In this document: in pieces, positions 44,719 to 57,200 of the stretch
Layout: each line of letters starts with the position of its first letter
Numbering within the stretch: the first letter of the stretch is position 1
IMG/VR virus record: IMGVR_UViG_3300046787_000130
Span: 1 to 64,000 of that record
DNA length: 64,000 bases
Reading direction: 5' to 3' (one strand)
Source of the DNA: a virus
Translations under genes and position numbers: made by a program
Notes under the pieces: model-generated
Told to the model about the DNA's origin: nothing
Database searches by the model: none
What the model saw: only the letters and a program-made list of their open reading frames with translations

Positions 44719-47187
44719 ATGAGCATTAGAACGGGGCTAACATCTGGATTATCATCTAGACACACGTTCAATGTAACACCGCCATTAGCCGATGGAATTC
44801 CAGCATCCCCCGTAGATACCTGGGTTCGCAATCCATCTTGGCCAACACTAACTGAAGTTGGCGCTAGTGAGCAAAAATTAATTGGGTTAATGGCAGTCTT
44901 TCCAAAATCAAACTTTGCTGCAGTTAATGCTACTGGCAATTACACGGTTGATTGGGGTGATGGTACTGTCACCAATTATAGCAGTGGCGTACAAGCAAAC
45001 TACTCACATAGTTTTGCTAGTGCTGCATTAGCAAATACGGATGCGCCGGTAACACTTACTGCATCAACTGACTTGGTTTCTAGAACTGCTCACGGTTACT
45101 CAAATGGTATGATAGTAACCTTATGGAATCTTAGCGGCGGCGCAGGTCTAACTGATGCGCAACAATATTATGTCGTTAACGCAACCGCAGATACATTTCA
45201 AGTAAGTTCATCCGTTGGCGGAGCAGCCATTGATATTACTACAGATGGCACTGCTACGCTATTACCATATAAGATTGCTATTGTAACAATTACGCCACAG
45301 GCTGGTGCAAATCTTACTACCTTCAATCTTAACGTTAAAAATAGCACTAGCGGATTGTTGTTATATGAAACTGGTTGGTTGGATATTAGCGTAGGAAGCC
45401 CTAATTTTAGCGCAACAATAACTTCGATTAGCATAACTGATGGCGCTGGCGTAGAGAATGTAGCCAAAAATATGCTTGAGCGAGTCTCTGTAGTCAACTT
45501 AGGCTCGGCTACCGCTTGTTCTTTTAGATTGTTACGCGGGTTAAGACGTATTGTTATGGGAAGTACGTCTAACATTACTAGCACGGCTAATATGTTTAAC
45601 GGATGCACGGCTTTACAAACTATCCCGCTGTTTGATACTTCAAAAGTAACCAGTGTTAACAATATGCACAATAATTGTGCGGCATTAACTTCAGTTCCTT
45701 TATATAATCTTCCGCTGTGTACTGACTTCAATCTTATGTTTAGTTCATGCTACTCATTGACGTCAGTACCTGCATATAACACGTCCAATGCAACCTCAAT
45801 GATACAGACGTTTCAAAACTGTTATTCATTAATAACTGTACCCTTATTTGATACCGCAAAAGTCACTACTATGGCTAACATGTTTAGCAATTGCTTTTCA
45901 TTAACGTCTGTTCCGTTGTTTAATACGGCTGCAGTTACAAATATGGGGGCTATGTTTCAAAATTGCCTAACGCTAAAATTAGCACCATTGTTTAATACCG
46001 CAAACGTAACTAGCATGGGTAGCATGTTCTTAAACTGCACTTTGCTAACTACGGTGCCATTATTTGATACCGCAAAAGTTACCAGCATGTCTAGTATGTT
46101 TCAAGGTTGCTTTGAATTAAAGACGGTTCCATTTTTTAACACTGCCGCAGTAACCAGTATGGCTACCATGTTTGCAAACTGCTCAGCATTAACTGAGGTA
46201 CCATTTTTTAGTACTGCAGCAGTTACTGCTATGAATTCTATGTTTAGCGGTTGTAGCGCATTGACTACTGTTCCATTATTTAATACATCTAATGTAACTA
46301 CAATGCAACAGATGTTCCAGAACTGCTATTCTTTATTATCCGTACCATTATTTGACACAGTAAAAGTTAATAATATGGCTAGCATGTTTAGCGGCTGTAA
46401 AACTTTGCTTAATGTTCCTCTATTTAATACAGTTGCCGTAACAAATATGGGAAGTATGTTTAATAGTTGTGCCGTATTATTATCAGTTCCTTCGTTTAAT
46501 ACAGTTGCCGTAACAAATATGGGAAGTATGTTTTTAGGATGTTCTGCGCTATTAACCGTCCCGTTGTTTAATACTTCTCTTGTAACTGATTTTTCGTATA
46601 TGTTTAGCGGTTGCACCACTTTACAATCGGTTCCATTATTTGATACGTCTAAAGCAACAAGTATGCTTGCAATGTTCGTTAGTTGCTATTCTCTTAGAAC
46701 AATACCGCAATTTAACACGCCGCTAGTGTTAAATTGCAATAATATGTTTTTAGGGTGCTATAACCTAATATCGGTGCCATTATTCAACACGGCAAATGTT
46801 ACTACTATGAATTTGATGTTTAATGGATGTGCTGCTCTTAGAAAAATTCCAGCATTTAATACATCAAAAGTTACTGATTTCGGTAATATATTTCAAAACT
46901 GTACTACATTGTTAGAAATACCTGCGTTAAGCGGTGCTGCCGCAACGTCTGCAACAACATATTCAAACATGTTCCTTTCATGTCCCTCTGTTTCTAGGAT
47001 TGCAATTACAGGATTTAAATATACATTTAGCGTTGCAAGTTGCAAACTTAGCGCGACTGAACTGGATGAAATATATACAAATTTGGCAACTGTTGTAGGT
47101 CAAACAATAACCGTAACAGGTAATTATGGGGTAACATCAGATACCCCATCTATCGCTACTGCTAAAGGTTGGACGGTGACAGGATAA
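44719..47187 (+). CDS. BspA/DUF285-type leucine-rich repeat protein
   Basis: About 19 tandem 24-aa repeats VPLFNTxxVTxMxxMFxxCxxL; YTVDWGDG. Confidence 0.9.
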   Translation: MSIRTGLTSGLSSRHTFNVTPPLADGIPASPVDTWVRNPSWPTLTEVGASEQKLIGLMAVFPKSNFAAVNATGNYTVDWGDGTVTNYSSGVQANYSHSFASAALANTDAPVTLTASTDLVSRTAHGYSNGMIVTLWNLSGGAGLTDAQQYYVVNATADTFQVSSSVGGAAIDITTDGTATLLPYKIAIVTITPQAGANLTTFNLNVKNSTSGLLLYETGWLDISVGSPNFSATITSISITDGAGVENVAKNMLERVSVVNLGSATACSFRLLRGLRRIVMGSTSNITSTANMFNGCTALQTIPLFDTSKVTSVNNMHNNCAALTSVPLYNLPLCTDFNLMFSSCYSLTSVPAYNTSNATSMIQTFQNCYSLITVPLFDTAKVTTMANMFSNCFSLTSVPLFNTAAVTNMGAMFQNCLTLKLAPLFNTANVTSMGSMFLNCTLLTTVPLFDTAKVTSMSSMFQGCFELKTVPFFNTAAVTSMATMFANCSALTEVPFFSTAAVTAMNSMFSGCSALTTVPLFNTSNVTTMQQMFQNCYSLLSVPLFDTVKVNNMASMFSGCKTLLNVPLFNTVAVTNMGSMFNSCAVLLSVPSFNTVAVTNMGSMFLGCSALLTVPLFNTSLVTDFSYMFSGCTTLQSVPLFDTSKATSMLAMFVSCYSLRTIPQFNTPLVLNCNNMFLGCYNLISVPLFNTANVTTMNLMFNGCAALRKIPAFNTSKVTDFGNIFQNCTTLLEIPALSGAAATSATTYSNMFLSCPSVSRIAITGFKYTFSVASCKLSATELDEIYTNLATVVGQTITVTGNYGVTSDTPSIATAKGWTVTG

Positions 47188-47191
47188 AAAA

Positions 47192-47380
47192 ATGGAAGAC
47201 ACATCAGGTTTTTATAAATTAGATGGAACACTGCTATACGGACCAAATTTCGTATATAATGCAAATTATACGCTACTTCGCGAAGAGCACGCTAATCATT
47301 CCTATCCTATAGATGGTTGGTACTGGTTTGATTCAGAAAATGCTGCTCGTTTGTTTTTTGAATTACCTATTGAAACGTGA
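47192..47380 (+). CDS. small protein accompanying LRR gene (GFYK...YPIDGWYWFDS)
   Basis: ORF right after BspA-like gene. Confidence 0.75.
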   Translation: MEDTSGFYKLDGTLLYGPNFVYNANYTLLREEHANHSYPIDGWYWFDSENAARLFFELPIET

Positions 47381-47383
47381 TGG

Positions 47384-47391
47384 AATAAATA
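47384..47391 (+). promoter_or_regulatory. probable late promoter
   Basis: AATAAATA before gene 47417. Confidence 0.55.
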
Positions 47392-47416
47392 AGTAACCCT
47401 TGTATGGATACCTAGA

Positions 47417-50400
47417 ATGACAATAAACGTTTCAACAATAATCGGAGCAAACATACCAGCAGGTGCGCAAGGTGTTCAAGGCGCTACTGGTAACCAAGGT
47501 TTGCAAGGTTCCGGTGCGCAGGGCGCAACTGGTTCTCAAGGCGCGCAAGGTTTACAAGGGTCTGGCGCTCAAGGTTCTCAGGGCGCACAAGGTCTTCAAG
47601 GTTCCGGTTCTCAAGGAACTCAAGGACTACAAGGCGTTCAAGGTCTACAAGGTCTACAAGGTTTACAAGGGTCTGGCGCCCAAGGAACTACAGGTAGCCA
47701 AGGCACTACGGGTTTTCAAGGCGTTCAGGGTTCTCAAGGACTACAAGGCAACCAAGGCGTTCAGGGTTCTCAAGGACTACAAGGCAACCAAGGCGCTCAG
47801 GGTTCTCAAGGACTACAAGGTTTACAAGGTCTTCAAGGCTTACAAGGTCGCCAAGGACCACAAGGTTCTCAAGGCTTAACTGGCAATCAAGGCTCCCAAG
47901 GTTCTCAGGGTGCAACTGGTAACCAAGGTGCTCAAGGTTCAGGAAGTCAAGGTTCTCAAGGAACTCAAGGCGCTCAAGGCTTAGGTTCTCAAGGTACTCA
48001 AGGTCCAGCAGGAACAGCATCATCTCAAGGTTCTCAAGGAACTCAAGGCACTCAGGGTACACAAGGTTCAGGTTCTCAAGGTACTCAAGGTCCAGCAGGA
48101 ACAGCATCATCTCAAGGTTCTCAAGGAACTCAAGGCACTCAGGGTACACAAGGTTCAGGTTCTCAAGGCACTACGGGTTCTACTGGTAATCAGGGTGCGC
48201 AAGGAACTCAAGGCTTAACTGGCAATCAAGGTGCTCAGGGTTCGCAAGGGTTAACTGGTAACCAAGGTACTACCGGCACTACGGGTTCTCAAGGCGCACA
48301 AGGTCTTCAAGGCAACCAAGGCGCTCAGGGTTTACAAGGAACGCAAGGCGTACAAGGACCACAGGGATTAACTGGCAACCAAGGTACTACAGGCACTACG
48401 GGTTCTCAAGGCGCTCAAGGTTCTCAAGGCAACCAAGGTGCTCAGGGTTCCCAAGGACCGCAAGGTACGCAAGGATTACAAGGCGCGCAAGGTTTACAGG
48501 GCACTCAAGGTCTTCAAGGCAACCAAGGTACTCAGGGTCTTCAAGGTCTTCAAGGTCGCTTAGGTTCTCAAGGCGCTCAAGGTTCCCAGGGACCACAAGG
48601 CGTGCAGGGTCTACAAGGCAACCAAGGCGCTCAAGGTCTTCAGGGTATTCAAGGCGCGCAAGGCGCATTAGGTGTTCAAGGTACTCAAGGCGCAGATGCA
48701 GGTTATACGGCTATTGCCGCTGCTACCGGCGACGTACATGGGGTTGTAAGCAGAAGCGCAGCAACACTATCCTTTAATGATGGTACAAGACAGTTTACAA
48801 TTGCGCCAGTATCTGGCTCTTGGACATTCTATCATAAGGGTGTGCTACACACTATCAGCACCTCTTTGTCAATAACGATTGCCAATACTTCTGGCGCAAG
48901 ATTTATTCGTATTGACCCTAACACCGATACTCTTGTTGAAGGCGGGTCTGTTCCTGACTTTAAGAATGATACTATCGTTGCATACATTTACTACAATGCT
49001 GCAACTGGTAAGGGTTTAATTCTTGGTGATGAACGTCACGGATTTGAACGTGATACAACATGGCACTCAAATCAACATCTAAACGTAGGAACAATCTGGC
49101 GTTCTGGCGGTACGATATCATACACATTAGCAGATGATACTGCTGTTAATATCGGAGTTGGAACACCACTTCTAATTGCTGACGAAGATTTGTTGCATAC
49201 AATTACCCACTCAGCATCTCCATCAGCTGACTATGAACAGATTCTAACGACATCTGCATCATTGCAAGTATTGTATCTTGATGGTAATGGTTACTATGCT
49301 AACACTGCACCAAGTACAACTCCATGGGTTGCTGGTACATCTCTAGCAAGATACAATTCAGTATCAGCAGGATTAGGTTCTCTAGTAGATGCAACTGAAG
49401 GTGAGTATATCACTTACTGGTTGATTGCAACTAATGACACTAGAAATCCTGTTAAGTTGGTAATGGGTCGCGCATCACACGCAAGTATTGATGATGCTTA
49501 CGCTGAAGAATTCCAAGAGTATGGATTGTCATTTGCTGAACAGGTATTCATGTACCAGATTGTTCTGCAAACAAGTTCAGCATTTACTAACAATACACCT
49601 AGAGTAGAGATTGCTGCTGTTCGTAAGGTGCTAAGCAAGTTAGCAACTTCAGCATCTACTGTAACTGCTTCTTCACACGGAAGTTTGACTGGTCGCGATT
49701 CCGCAGACCAGCACCCAACTTCTGCGATTACAGGACTAGACTCTACATTAACTAGCATCTATACTGCGGCAAACGGTGCTGCTAATGCTGTTATGGTATC
49801 GGCTAACAGTGGTTCTACTCTAGCAGGCAAGCAACTAAACTTTGTCAATACATCTACAATTCTTGTTTCTGTTGGAGCAGGAACTGGTAGCAACGCAAAT
49901 ATCTCCTTTACAGTAGATAACACTAATCCTGCACTACTTGGTCCGCAAGGTGTTCAGGGTGTCCAAGGAACACAAGGATTACAAGGTTTACAAGGCGCAG
50001 AAGGACCACCTCCTGCCACTACAACATATACTGCACAGTCAATATCTTTGACAGATGGCGTTTATGTTTCTGGCGCTTTGTCTGACATTCAAACATTTAA
50101 TGATGGTAACCAATACATTCTAACTGACGGTTCAACCGCCGGACCAGCATGGATTGTTACTGTTGGATTTACTGGTGTTACATCCTTCAATCAAGTTGAT
50201 TTGAATATTGCATATACTCAATCTTCCGGTCACACTATCTATATCCAATTATGGAATTACAATACTTCTACTTATGATAACATTGGTTACTATAATGGTC
50301 TTGGCGGATATCAACAATTCCAACTTGGCGTAATCTCTTATACCAATTACATTAGCGGCGGCGCTGTAACTGTAAGATTGTACCACAGCAATACCGGTAA

Positions 50401-52024
50401 TCCTGCGCACCAAACAAATATTGACTTTGTTGCTATCTTAGATACGCCAGCTGGTGGTCAGGGTCTAAGAGGACTACAAGGTACTACTGGTTCTCAAGGT
50501 GCTCAGGGCTTACAAGGAACGCAAGGTAATCAAGGTCTTCAAGGTTTAACTGGCTCTACAGGTTCTCAGGGTTCCCAAGGCGCTCAAGGCAACCAAGGAT
50601 TGCAGGGACTACAAGGACTTCAGGGACGTCAAGGTCCACAGGGACCACAGGGATTACAAGGACTAACTGGCTCTCAGGGTTCCCAAGGTGCTCAAGGACT
50701 AATCGGTACTACGGGCAATCAAGGCGCTCAAGGCACTCAGGGCTTAACTGGTAACCAAGGTGCTCAGGGTACTATTGGTACAACTGGCTCTCAAGGTTCT
50801 CAAGGTACAACTGGTTCTACTGGTAATCAGGGTGCGCAAGGAACTCAGGGCGCTCAAGGTTTACAGGGTCTTCAAGGTTTACAAGGACTAATCGGTACTA
50901 CGGGCAATCAAGGTGCTCAAGGCGCTCAGGGTAATCAAGGACTACAAGGATTACAAGGCGCTCAGGGTAATCAAGGGCTTCAGGGGTTACAGGGGTTACA
51001 GGGACGCCAAGGACCGCAAGGTTCACAAGGGCTACAAGGATTAACTGGCAATCAGGGTGCTCAAGGTTCTCAAGGTACTACTGGTAGCCAAGGTGCACAA
51101 GGCACTCAGGGATTACAGGGTCTTCAGGGTTCAGGCGCTCAGGGGTTACAAGGATTACAAGGTTTAATTGGTACTACGGGCAATCAGGGTGCTCAAGGTT
51201 CTCAAGGTTTGCAAGGCTTAACTGGTGTTGGTAGTCAAGGCGCTCAAGGTACTCAAGGACCACAAGGACTTCAAGGATTGCAGGGTTCTGGCGCGCAAGG
51301 TTCTACTGGTACTACAGGCTCTCAGGGTTCTCAAGGTGCTCAGGGTCTAACTGGTACTGGTAGCCAAGGTTCTCAAGGTCCACAAGGATTACAGGGACTT
51401 CAAGGTTTACAGGGATTACAGGGACTCCAAGGTCTAACTGGTACTGGTAGCCAAGGTTCTCAAGGTCCACAAGGATTACAGGGTTTACAAGGACTACAAG
51501 GCAACCAAGGGCTACAAGGTCTACAGGGACTACAAGGTCGCCAAGGACCACAGGGTCCACAAGGCTTACAGGGATTAACTGGTACTGGTAGCCAAGGTTC
51601 TCAAGGTCCACAAGGCTTGCAAGGTCTACAAGGTCTTACTGGTTCTGGTTCTCAGGGCGCTCAAGGTGCTACTGGTGGTGGCGGCGGTGGCGCAACATAC
51701 TTCACCTTTGGTGGTACAGGAACACCAACAACAGGCACAGACAAGACGCCATATCTTCTCGTGCCAGGAACTCTAACTGCATCATTAGGTAGTTTGGTTG
51801 CTAAGACGGCTCCTAGTGGCGGCAGTTTTACTGCATCAGTACTAAAATCTTCTGACAATGGTGCAACTTTCCCATCTACTGTAGCATATGTTGAAGTGAC
51901 AACTGGTAACAAGGTAAACACTAATACAACAACAATGTCTCTTGCATCTGGTGATTTATTAAGACTAGATATATCTGCGGTTAATGGCGCAGCAGATTGG
52001 ACATTTACGGTATCCTCATCATGA
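47417..52024 (+). CDS. long collagen-like (Gly-X-Gln) fibre protein
   Basis: Two ~400-aa GXQ tracts flanking globular domains. Confidence 0.85.
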   Translation: MTINVSTIIGANIPAGAQGVQGATGNQGLQGSGAQGATGSQGAQGLQGSGAQGSQGAQGLQGSGSQGTQGLQGVQGLQGLQGLQGSGAQGTTGSQGTTGFQGVQGSQGLQGNQGVQGSQGLQGNQGAQGSQGLQGLQGLQGLQGRQGPQGSQGLTGNQGSQGSQGATGNQGAQGSGSQGSQGTQGAQGLGSQGTQGPAGTASSQGSQGTQGTQGTQGSGSQGTQGPAGTASSQGSQGTQGTQGTQGSGSQGTTGSTGNQGAQGTQGLTGNQGAQGSQGLTGNQGTTGTTGSQGAQGLQGNQGAQGLQGTQGVQGPQGLTGNQGTTGTTGSQGAQGSQGNQGAQGSQGPQGTQGLQGAQGLQGTQGLQGNQGTQGLQGLQGRLGSQGAQGSQGPQGVQGLQGNQGAQGLQGIQGAQGALGVQGTQGADAGYTAIAAATGDVHGVVSRSAATLSFNDGTRQFTIAPVSGSWTFYHKGVLHTISTSLSITIANTSGARFIRIDPNTDTLVEGGSVPDFKNDTIVAYIYYNAATGKGLILGDERHGFERDTTWHSNQHLNVGTIWRSGGTISYTLADDTAVNIGVGTPLLIADEDLLHTITHSASPSADYEQILTTSASLQVLYLDGNGYYANTAPSTTPWVAGTSLARYNSVSAGLGSLVDATEGEYITYWLIATNDTRNPVKLVMGRASHASIDDAYAEEFQEYGLSFAEQVFMYQIVLQTSSAFTNNTPRVEIAAVRKVLSKLATSASTVTASSHGSLTGRDSADQHPTSAITGLDSTLTSIYTAANGAANAVMVSANSGSTLAGKQLNFVNTSTILVSVGAGTGSNANISFTVDNTNPALLGPQGVQGVQGTQGLQGLQGAEGPPPATTTYTAQSISLTDGVYVSGALSDIQTFNDGNQYILTDGSTAGPAWIVTVGFTGVTSFNQVDLNIAYTQSSGHTIYIQLWNYNTSTYDNIGYYNGLGGYQQFQLGVISYTNYISGGAVTVRLYHSNTGNPAHQTNIDFVAILDTPAGGQGLRGLQGTTGSQGAQGLQGTQGNQGLQGLTGSTGSQGSQGAQGNQGLQGLQGLQGRQGPQGPQGLQGLTGSQGSQGAQGLIGTTGNQGAQGTQGLTGNQGAQGTIGTTGSQGSQGTTGSTGNQGAQGTQGAQGLQGLQGLQGLIGTTGNQGAQGAQGNQGLQGLQGAQGNQGLQGLQGLQGRQGPQGSQGLQGLTGNQGAQGSQGTTGSQGAQGTQGLQGLQGSGAQGLQGLQGLIGTTGNQGAQGSQGLQGLTGVGSQGAQGTQGPQGLQGLQGSGAQGSTGTTGSQGSQGAQGLTGTGSQGSQGPQGLQGLQGLQGLQGLQGLTGTGSQGSQGPQGLQGLQGLQGNQGLQGLQGLQGRQGPQGPQGLQGLTGTGSQGSQGPQGLQGLQGLTGSGSQGAQGATGGGGGGATYFTFGGTGTPTTGTDKTPYLLVPGTLTASLGSLVAKTAPSGGSFTASVLKSSDNGATFPSTVAYVEVTTGNKVNTNTTTMSLASGDLLRLDISAVNGAADWTFTVSSS
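47983..48168 (+). repeat. exact 87-bp tandem duplication in collagen tract
   Basis: Copies start at 47983 and 48070. Confidence 0.85.
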
Positions 52025-52200
52025 CATTACTAGCAACTAAAATATCTGAACTTGTAGATGCAGCAATAGCAAATAATGAAGTGTCTGTATGGAGAGGTAT
52101 TCTCTCAACTCAAGAGTGGAAAATTCTTGCTCAGTCTGATGGTAGAGAAGTTCATGTTAAAGCAGTGCGTCGGGATGATGGAGAAGGGGAACCTGAATAA
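52021..52200 (+). CDS. hypothetical protein
   Basis: ATGA overlap at 52021. Confidence 0.6.
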   Translation: MTLLATKISELVDAAIANNEVSVWRGILSTQEWKILAQSDGREVHVKAVRRDDGEGEPE

Positions 52201-54218
52201 TGGCTATTAGAACAAAAACTATTGAATACGCTTTTCCATTTTCTACTGCTACTAGAGGAACTGCTGCTGCAACATCATTTACTCAAATTGCAGCACTTGC
52301 TATTCCAGAAACAACTAGTAGAACTTTCCGTTCAGTAATCCTTCAATTTTTTGTTCCTGATGCTGATGATACTGCAACAAGTACTACTGCTGTTGCAATG
52401 AGCATTACTCTTGGTGGTGCTGGCGCAAGTGCCGCTACTCTTACGCAGACTTTAACTAATTCTGGCGAAAACTATTCTATGATGTTTTGGAGAGACGTAA
52501 CTGCGTATTTCCAAACTAACTATACAGGCACATCTATGACTTGTGATGCGTCTGTTACTATTACTGGTCCGCAGACTATTAATCATTGCGCAAAACTTAT
52601 CATTACATATGAATATGACGATAGCGCAGCAACAACAAGAATTAAAACAGTTAAGATACCAATTGATGGTAACATTGGCGCATTAACTACCGCATTAACA
52701 ACTGTTGGGCAGGCTAGCCAGATTCCAGCATTAGATACATTCTTACCAGAATCAACTAAAACATATAGAGACATATTTTTTGAAGTTTGGGGGCATACTG
52801 GTACGACGGCAGCGCAGTCTGGTACATTAACAATGCGTTATAATGGCGCAACGTCATTAACATCCGGACAGTACTCTGACGTTACAGGTAACACTAACAC
52901 GCCCAGCCTTAATACTGATAGAACTATTATCCGCATAGATAAATTGCTAGGTACTCTAGGCACAGCAGGCGCAAATACCGTTGAAGCAAGCGTCACTAGC
53001 GTAACAGCATGTCCATTTAACTGTATTGGTGGTGTTTTAGTTGTCACATATGAATATGACCATTCTGCTTCTACTACTATTCTAAACTCTTTACAGATTC
53101 CAATTATTGACGAAGCCGGATGGATAGGCGGACCGACTTCTGCTGACAAGACTAGATTTAAAGCATCATACTTTGTGCAAGAACCTGGTACTATCTCTTT
53201 AGTGCAATCTGGTGTATTGTTTTCATGCACTGATGCTGGCGCAATAACCTATGTTTTTAATGCTGGAGCGCAGGCAGATAGAACATTTGTACACCCAACA
53301 ACCTTAAGGTCTGGTTGCGTTTTTAGCACTAGAAGAGTAGACTCTGGAGCAACTGGTGGTGCTGGTATAACGCTAGCCAGAGGGTTAAATGACTTTACTT
53401 TTGACTACTATGCAACTTCTGCAACCGCAGGTAACATTGGTTCTAATGCTAGCGGATTGTTATATCTAAATTACACTAGCGGCAAGCATGCTAATGGTGA
53501 TGGTGTGCATGCGCATACTACAAGTTGGATTAATAGACCATATCTAACTGGCGGTTTGGTGCAACGATTGCAATATACCCCTAATACAGTACCGATTATT
53601 AACGAAACAAATTATTGGATTGTATCTACAGGTTTTGAACTTATCATGATGACATCTGGCACTGCTGCAGACGCATTTGGTCTATCATTTCAAGCCGAGT
53701 TATTAGCAGGTGAATCTCAAGGAGCAGGTTGGCAAGACTTTTACAGTTCTATATACGCTTCTGACTCTGAAATGGGCACTTCTGTAATTTGGGCTAGAGC
53801 AAGACCAAACTATAAACGTTATCCAAATGATACTGATACCGATAGAATTAACATAGAAACTTCAAGAGACTTTAGGTTTGACATTCCTATTAACACCGCA
53901 GCGATATTCCAAGCACGTCAACTAGCAACTTGGCATAGTATTACATACACAATTGCAGGTACTATCTCAGGGTCTAATGGTGGCACAGTATCCATTTCAG
54001 CATTTAGAACTGACACTGGAGAAAAGATTGATACCACATCAAGAACTGGCGATGGCGCATACTCAATAACTTGGTATGATAACACCATTCCTATTATTGT
54101 AACAGCATATGAAAGCGCAACTTATAAAGGCATATCAGCAAATCAAGTTGCAGAAAACACTTTTGATATTGATTTGGCTAGTGGTGGTGGTGGACCAACG
54201 TATTATTCTTACATCTAG
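52200..54218 (+). CDS. hypothetical virion protein, beta-rich
   Basis: 672-aa Thr/Ala-rich ORF in fibre cluster. Confidence 0.7.
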   Translation: MAIRTKTIEYAFPFSTATRGTAAATSFTQIAALAIPETTSRTFRSVILQFFVPDADDTATSTTAVAMSITLGGAGASAATLTQTLTNSGENYSMMFWRDVTAYFQTNYTGTSMTCDASVTITGPQTINHCAKLIITYEYDDSAATTRIKTVKIPIDGNIGALTTALTTVGQASQIPALDTFLPESTKTYRDIFFEVWGHTGTTAAQSGTLTMRYNGATSLTSGQYSDVTGNTNTPSLNTDRTIIRIDKLLGTLGTAGANTVEASVTSVTACPFNCIGGVLVVTYEYDHSASTTILNSLQIPIIDEAGWIGGPTSADKTRFKASYFVQEPGTISLVQSGVLFSCTDAGAITYVFNAGAQADRTFVHPTTLRSGCVFSTRRVDSGATGGAGITLARGLNDFTFDYYATSATAGNIGSNASGLLYLNYTSGKHANGDGVHAHTTSWINRPYLTGGLVQRLQYTPNTVPIINETNYWIVSTGFELIMMTSGTAADAFGLSFQAELLAGESQGAGWQDFYSSIYASDSEMGTSVIWARARPNYKRYPNDTDTDRINIETSRDFRFDIPINTAAIFQARQLATWHSITYTIAGTISGSNGGTVSISAFRTDTGEKIDTTSRTGDGAYSITWYDNTIPIIVTAYESATYKGISANQVAENTFDIDLASGGGGPTYYSYI

Positions 54219-54222
54219 CGCA

Positions 54223-54230
54223 GATAAATA
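54223..54230 (+). promoter_or_regulatory. probable late promoter
   Basis: GATAAATA before gene 54261. Confidence 0.55.
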
Positions 54231-54260
54231 GTTGCTGAATTCCTTATTTAAGAGCGCATA

Positions 54261-57200
54261 ATGGCAGATTTTCCAGCTGGTCCATATAACGGTCAAACCT
54301 TTACTGCTGATGACAGTACCATTTGGACATGGAACGGATACGCATGGAAGGCAACTGGCTGGTCCGGAACTGGCGGCAGTTCTCAAGGCGTACAAGGTAC
54401 ACAAGGTGCTCAAGGTTCCGGAAGTCAAGGCGTACAAGGTTCTCAGGGACTTCAAGGTTCTGGTGCCCAAGGTTCTACTGGTAATCAAGGCGTACAAGGT
54501 TCTCAGGGACTTCAAGGTTTACAAGGCGCTCAAGGGTTAGGTTCCCAAGGCGCTCAAGGTCCAGCAGGCGCTGCATCATCTCAAGGTGCTCAGGGCGCAC
54601 AAGGGTTAGGTTCCCAAGGCGCTCAGGGTCTTCAAGGTATTCAGGGTTTGCAAGGTCTTCAAGGGTTTGGTGCTCAGGGTACGCAAGGTGTTCAGGGTCT
54701 AACTGGACCTATTGCAGGTAGCAACAAACAACTTATCTTTAATGACGGTGGCACTGCTCAAGGCGTAACTACCCTAACATATGAAAAGTCAAACACTACA
54801 CTGTTCTATACTGGCAATGTAGTATATAATGGTACTACACCAAACATTGCATTTAGAAACGGTTCTAGCACCGAAATCTTAATGAGAATGTATCCGCAGT
54901 CTAACGGAACATTGTCTTTTGAAGGTAATGCTGGTCAATTATTCTCTATTACAAACGATTTAACTGGCTCTATATTTTCAGTTAATGACGTATCTGGTAT
55001 TCCTTCTATTGAAGTGTTTGCTAATGGCGTCATAGAACTTGCGCGTTATAATGGTAACGTCAGACTAGGCAATCTTGCTGTAACATATGAATCGTCAAAC
55101 AACACTACCATCTATTCAAGTAATGTTGTATACACTAGCAATATTGTAGACTTACCAACTGTTACTGTAACTGGTAATTATACTGTAACAGAAAACACTG
55201 CTGGTAAACTTATTATTGTTAACAACGGTTCATCAGATGTAACAATCACCTTCAATTCTGCTGCTACTGCCGGATTTGCTACTAGCGTATTCCGTAAGGG
55301 TACAGGTAACGTAACGATTGCAACTGGTGCTGGTGTTACCAAAATTAACTCAGCCAGTTTCATCTCTAGTAACATTGCAGCAACTAATGCTACTGCAACA
55401 ATTGTATACTCTGCTACAAATGAAATATTATTACTAGGTGACATTCAGACTAATGGTATTGGCGGACCTCAAGGCGTTCAAGGCGTACAGGGTCTACAAG
55501 GTGTTCAGGGTTTTGGTGGCACTTCAGGCGGTACTGGCTCACAAGGTTCTCAGGGCACGCAGGGTTCACAAGGAACTCAAGGCTTACAAGGCAACCAAGG
55601 TGCTCAAGGTAATCAGGGACTACAAGGTTTACAAGGTCTACAGGGTCGCCAAGGACCACAAGGACCACAAGGGTTGCAAGGACTTCAAGGAACACAAGGC
55701 TTAACTGGACCAATAGCAGGGTCTACAACCCAATTTATTTACAATGATGGCGGTGTTGCTCAAGGCACTAATACAGTAAATTACTACCGCGCTAATACCA
55801 CGATGGTATCAACTGGTAATGTTGTATTTACTGGTAACATTGTTGACTTGCCCACTGTTACTGTAACTGGTAATTATACTGTAACAGAAAACACTGCTGG
55901 TAAGTTGATTATCGTTAACAATGGCGTATCAGATGTAACCATTACATTTAACTCTGCTGCTACTGCCGGATTTGCTACCAGCGTATTCCGTAAGGGTACT
56001 GGTAATGTAACCATCGCAGCAGGCGCTGGTGTCACTAAGATTAATTCGGCTTCCTTTATTTCAAGTAATATTGCGGCAACTAATGCTACAGCAACTGTAG
56101 TTTACTCAGCAACTAACGAAATACTATTGCTTGGTGACATTCAAACTAATGGTATTGGTGGACCTCAAGGAACACAAGGTGTTCAGGGTTTACAAGGCGT
56201 TCAGGGTTTTGGTGGCACTTCAGGTGGAACTGGTTCACAAGGTTCTCAGGGTACTCAAGGCTTACAAGGAACTCAAGGTCTACAAGGATTGCAGGGACTA
56301 CAGGGACTTCAAGGTCGTCAAGGCGTTCAGGGTCCACAAGGACCACAAGGGTTACAGGGATTACAGGGTCTACAAGGAAACCAAGGAGCGACTGGTCCGT
56401 CTACTGCAATCAATGCTACACTAACAACTGGCGGTACAAACTATCGTCTAGTTGGCGTTTCAGCAACTGGCTCAAACCAAACACCATTTGCAAACAATTC
56501 AGTATACATTAACGGTGAAGTTCTTACTGCAACAAATCTAACCGCAACACGTATCACTAATGTATATCAAGCCGCAGGTGACGTAAGAACTAATCTTGGC
56601 GCACCATCAGTAGAAGAAAGTGCAATCTTTGACGGAATGTTTAGCAATAAGTTTAGATTCATTGCTCCAACAACGCAAGAAGAATCTAGCGACGGGACAA
56701 CTTGGGTATCTTCTTCTAGAGCAACTGCAACTCAGTTAGCCGATATGATGATTGGTGGCGGGCAAACAACATCATTTAATATTATTCCAGGTGGAACAAT
56801 TGGTGTTGCAGATTATTACAGACTAACTTGGGATGTAACGGCAACAACGTCGTATGTTTTCTTAAACCATTTCTATGCGTATATGTCTACGCAAGGAAAC
56901 ACGCTTACCTTTACCATCGAAGCATTTAACAATACAACTGCGACGTGGTCAACTCTTGCTACCGGTACTGGTTCTTCTTGGCCAGGGCATCACAGCATTA
57001 AGCACACTACTGTTGCTTACAATTCTGGCACGGGTTCTGCATCATATTGCGATAAGGTGAGAGTAACATTCTCCACTACAAGAGCGACAGTTAATTCTAT
57101 AATTCTTGGTGGCATAGAGTGGTTTGGTGGATATCCTGCTGGCAGAAGAACTGTAGAGTCTTACGACAGATACAAGAATATCACTCTTGCTAACGGCATG

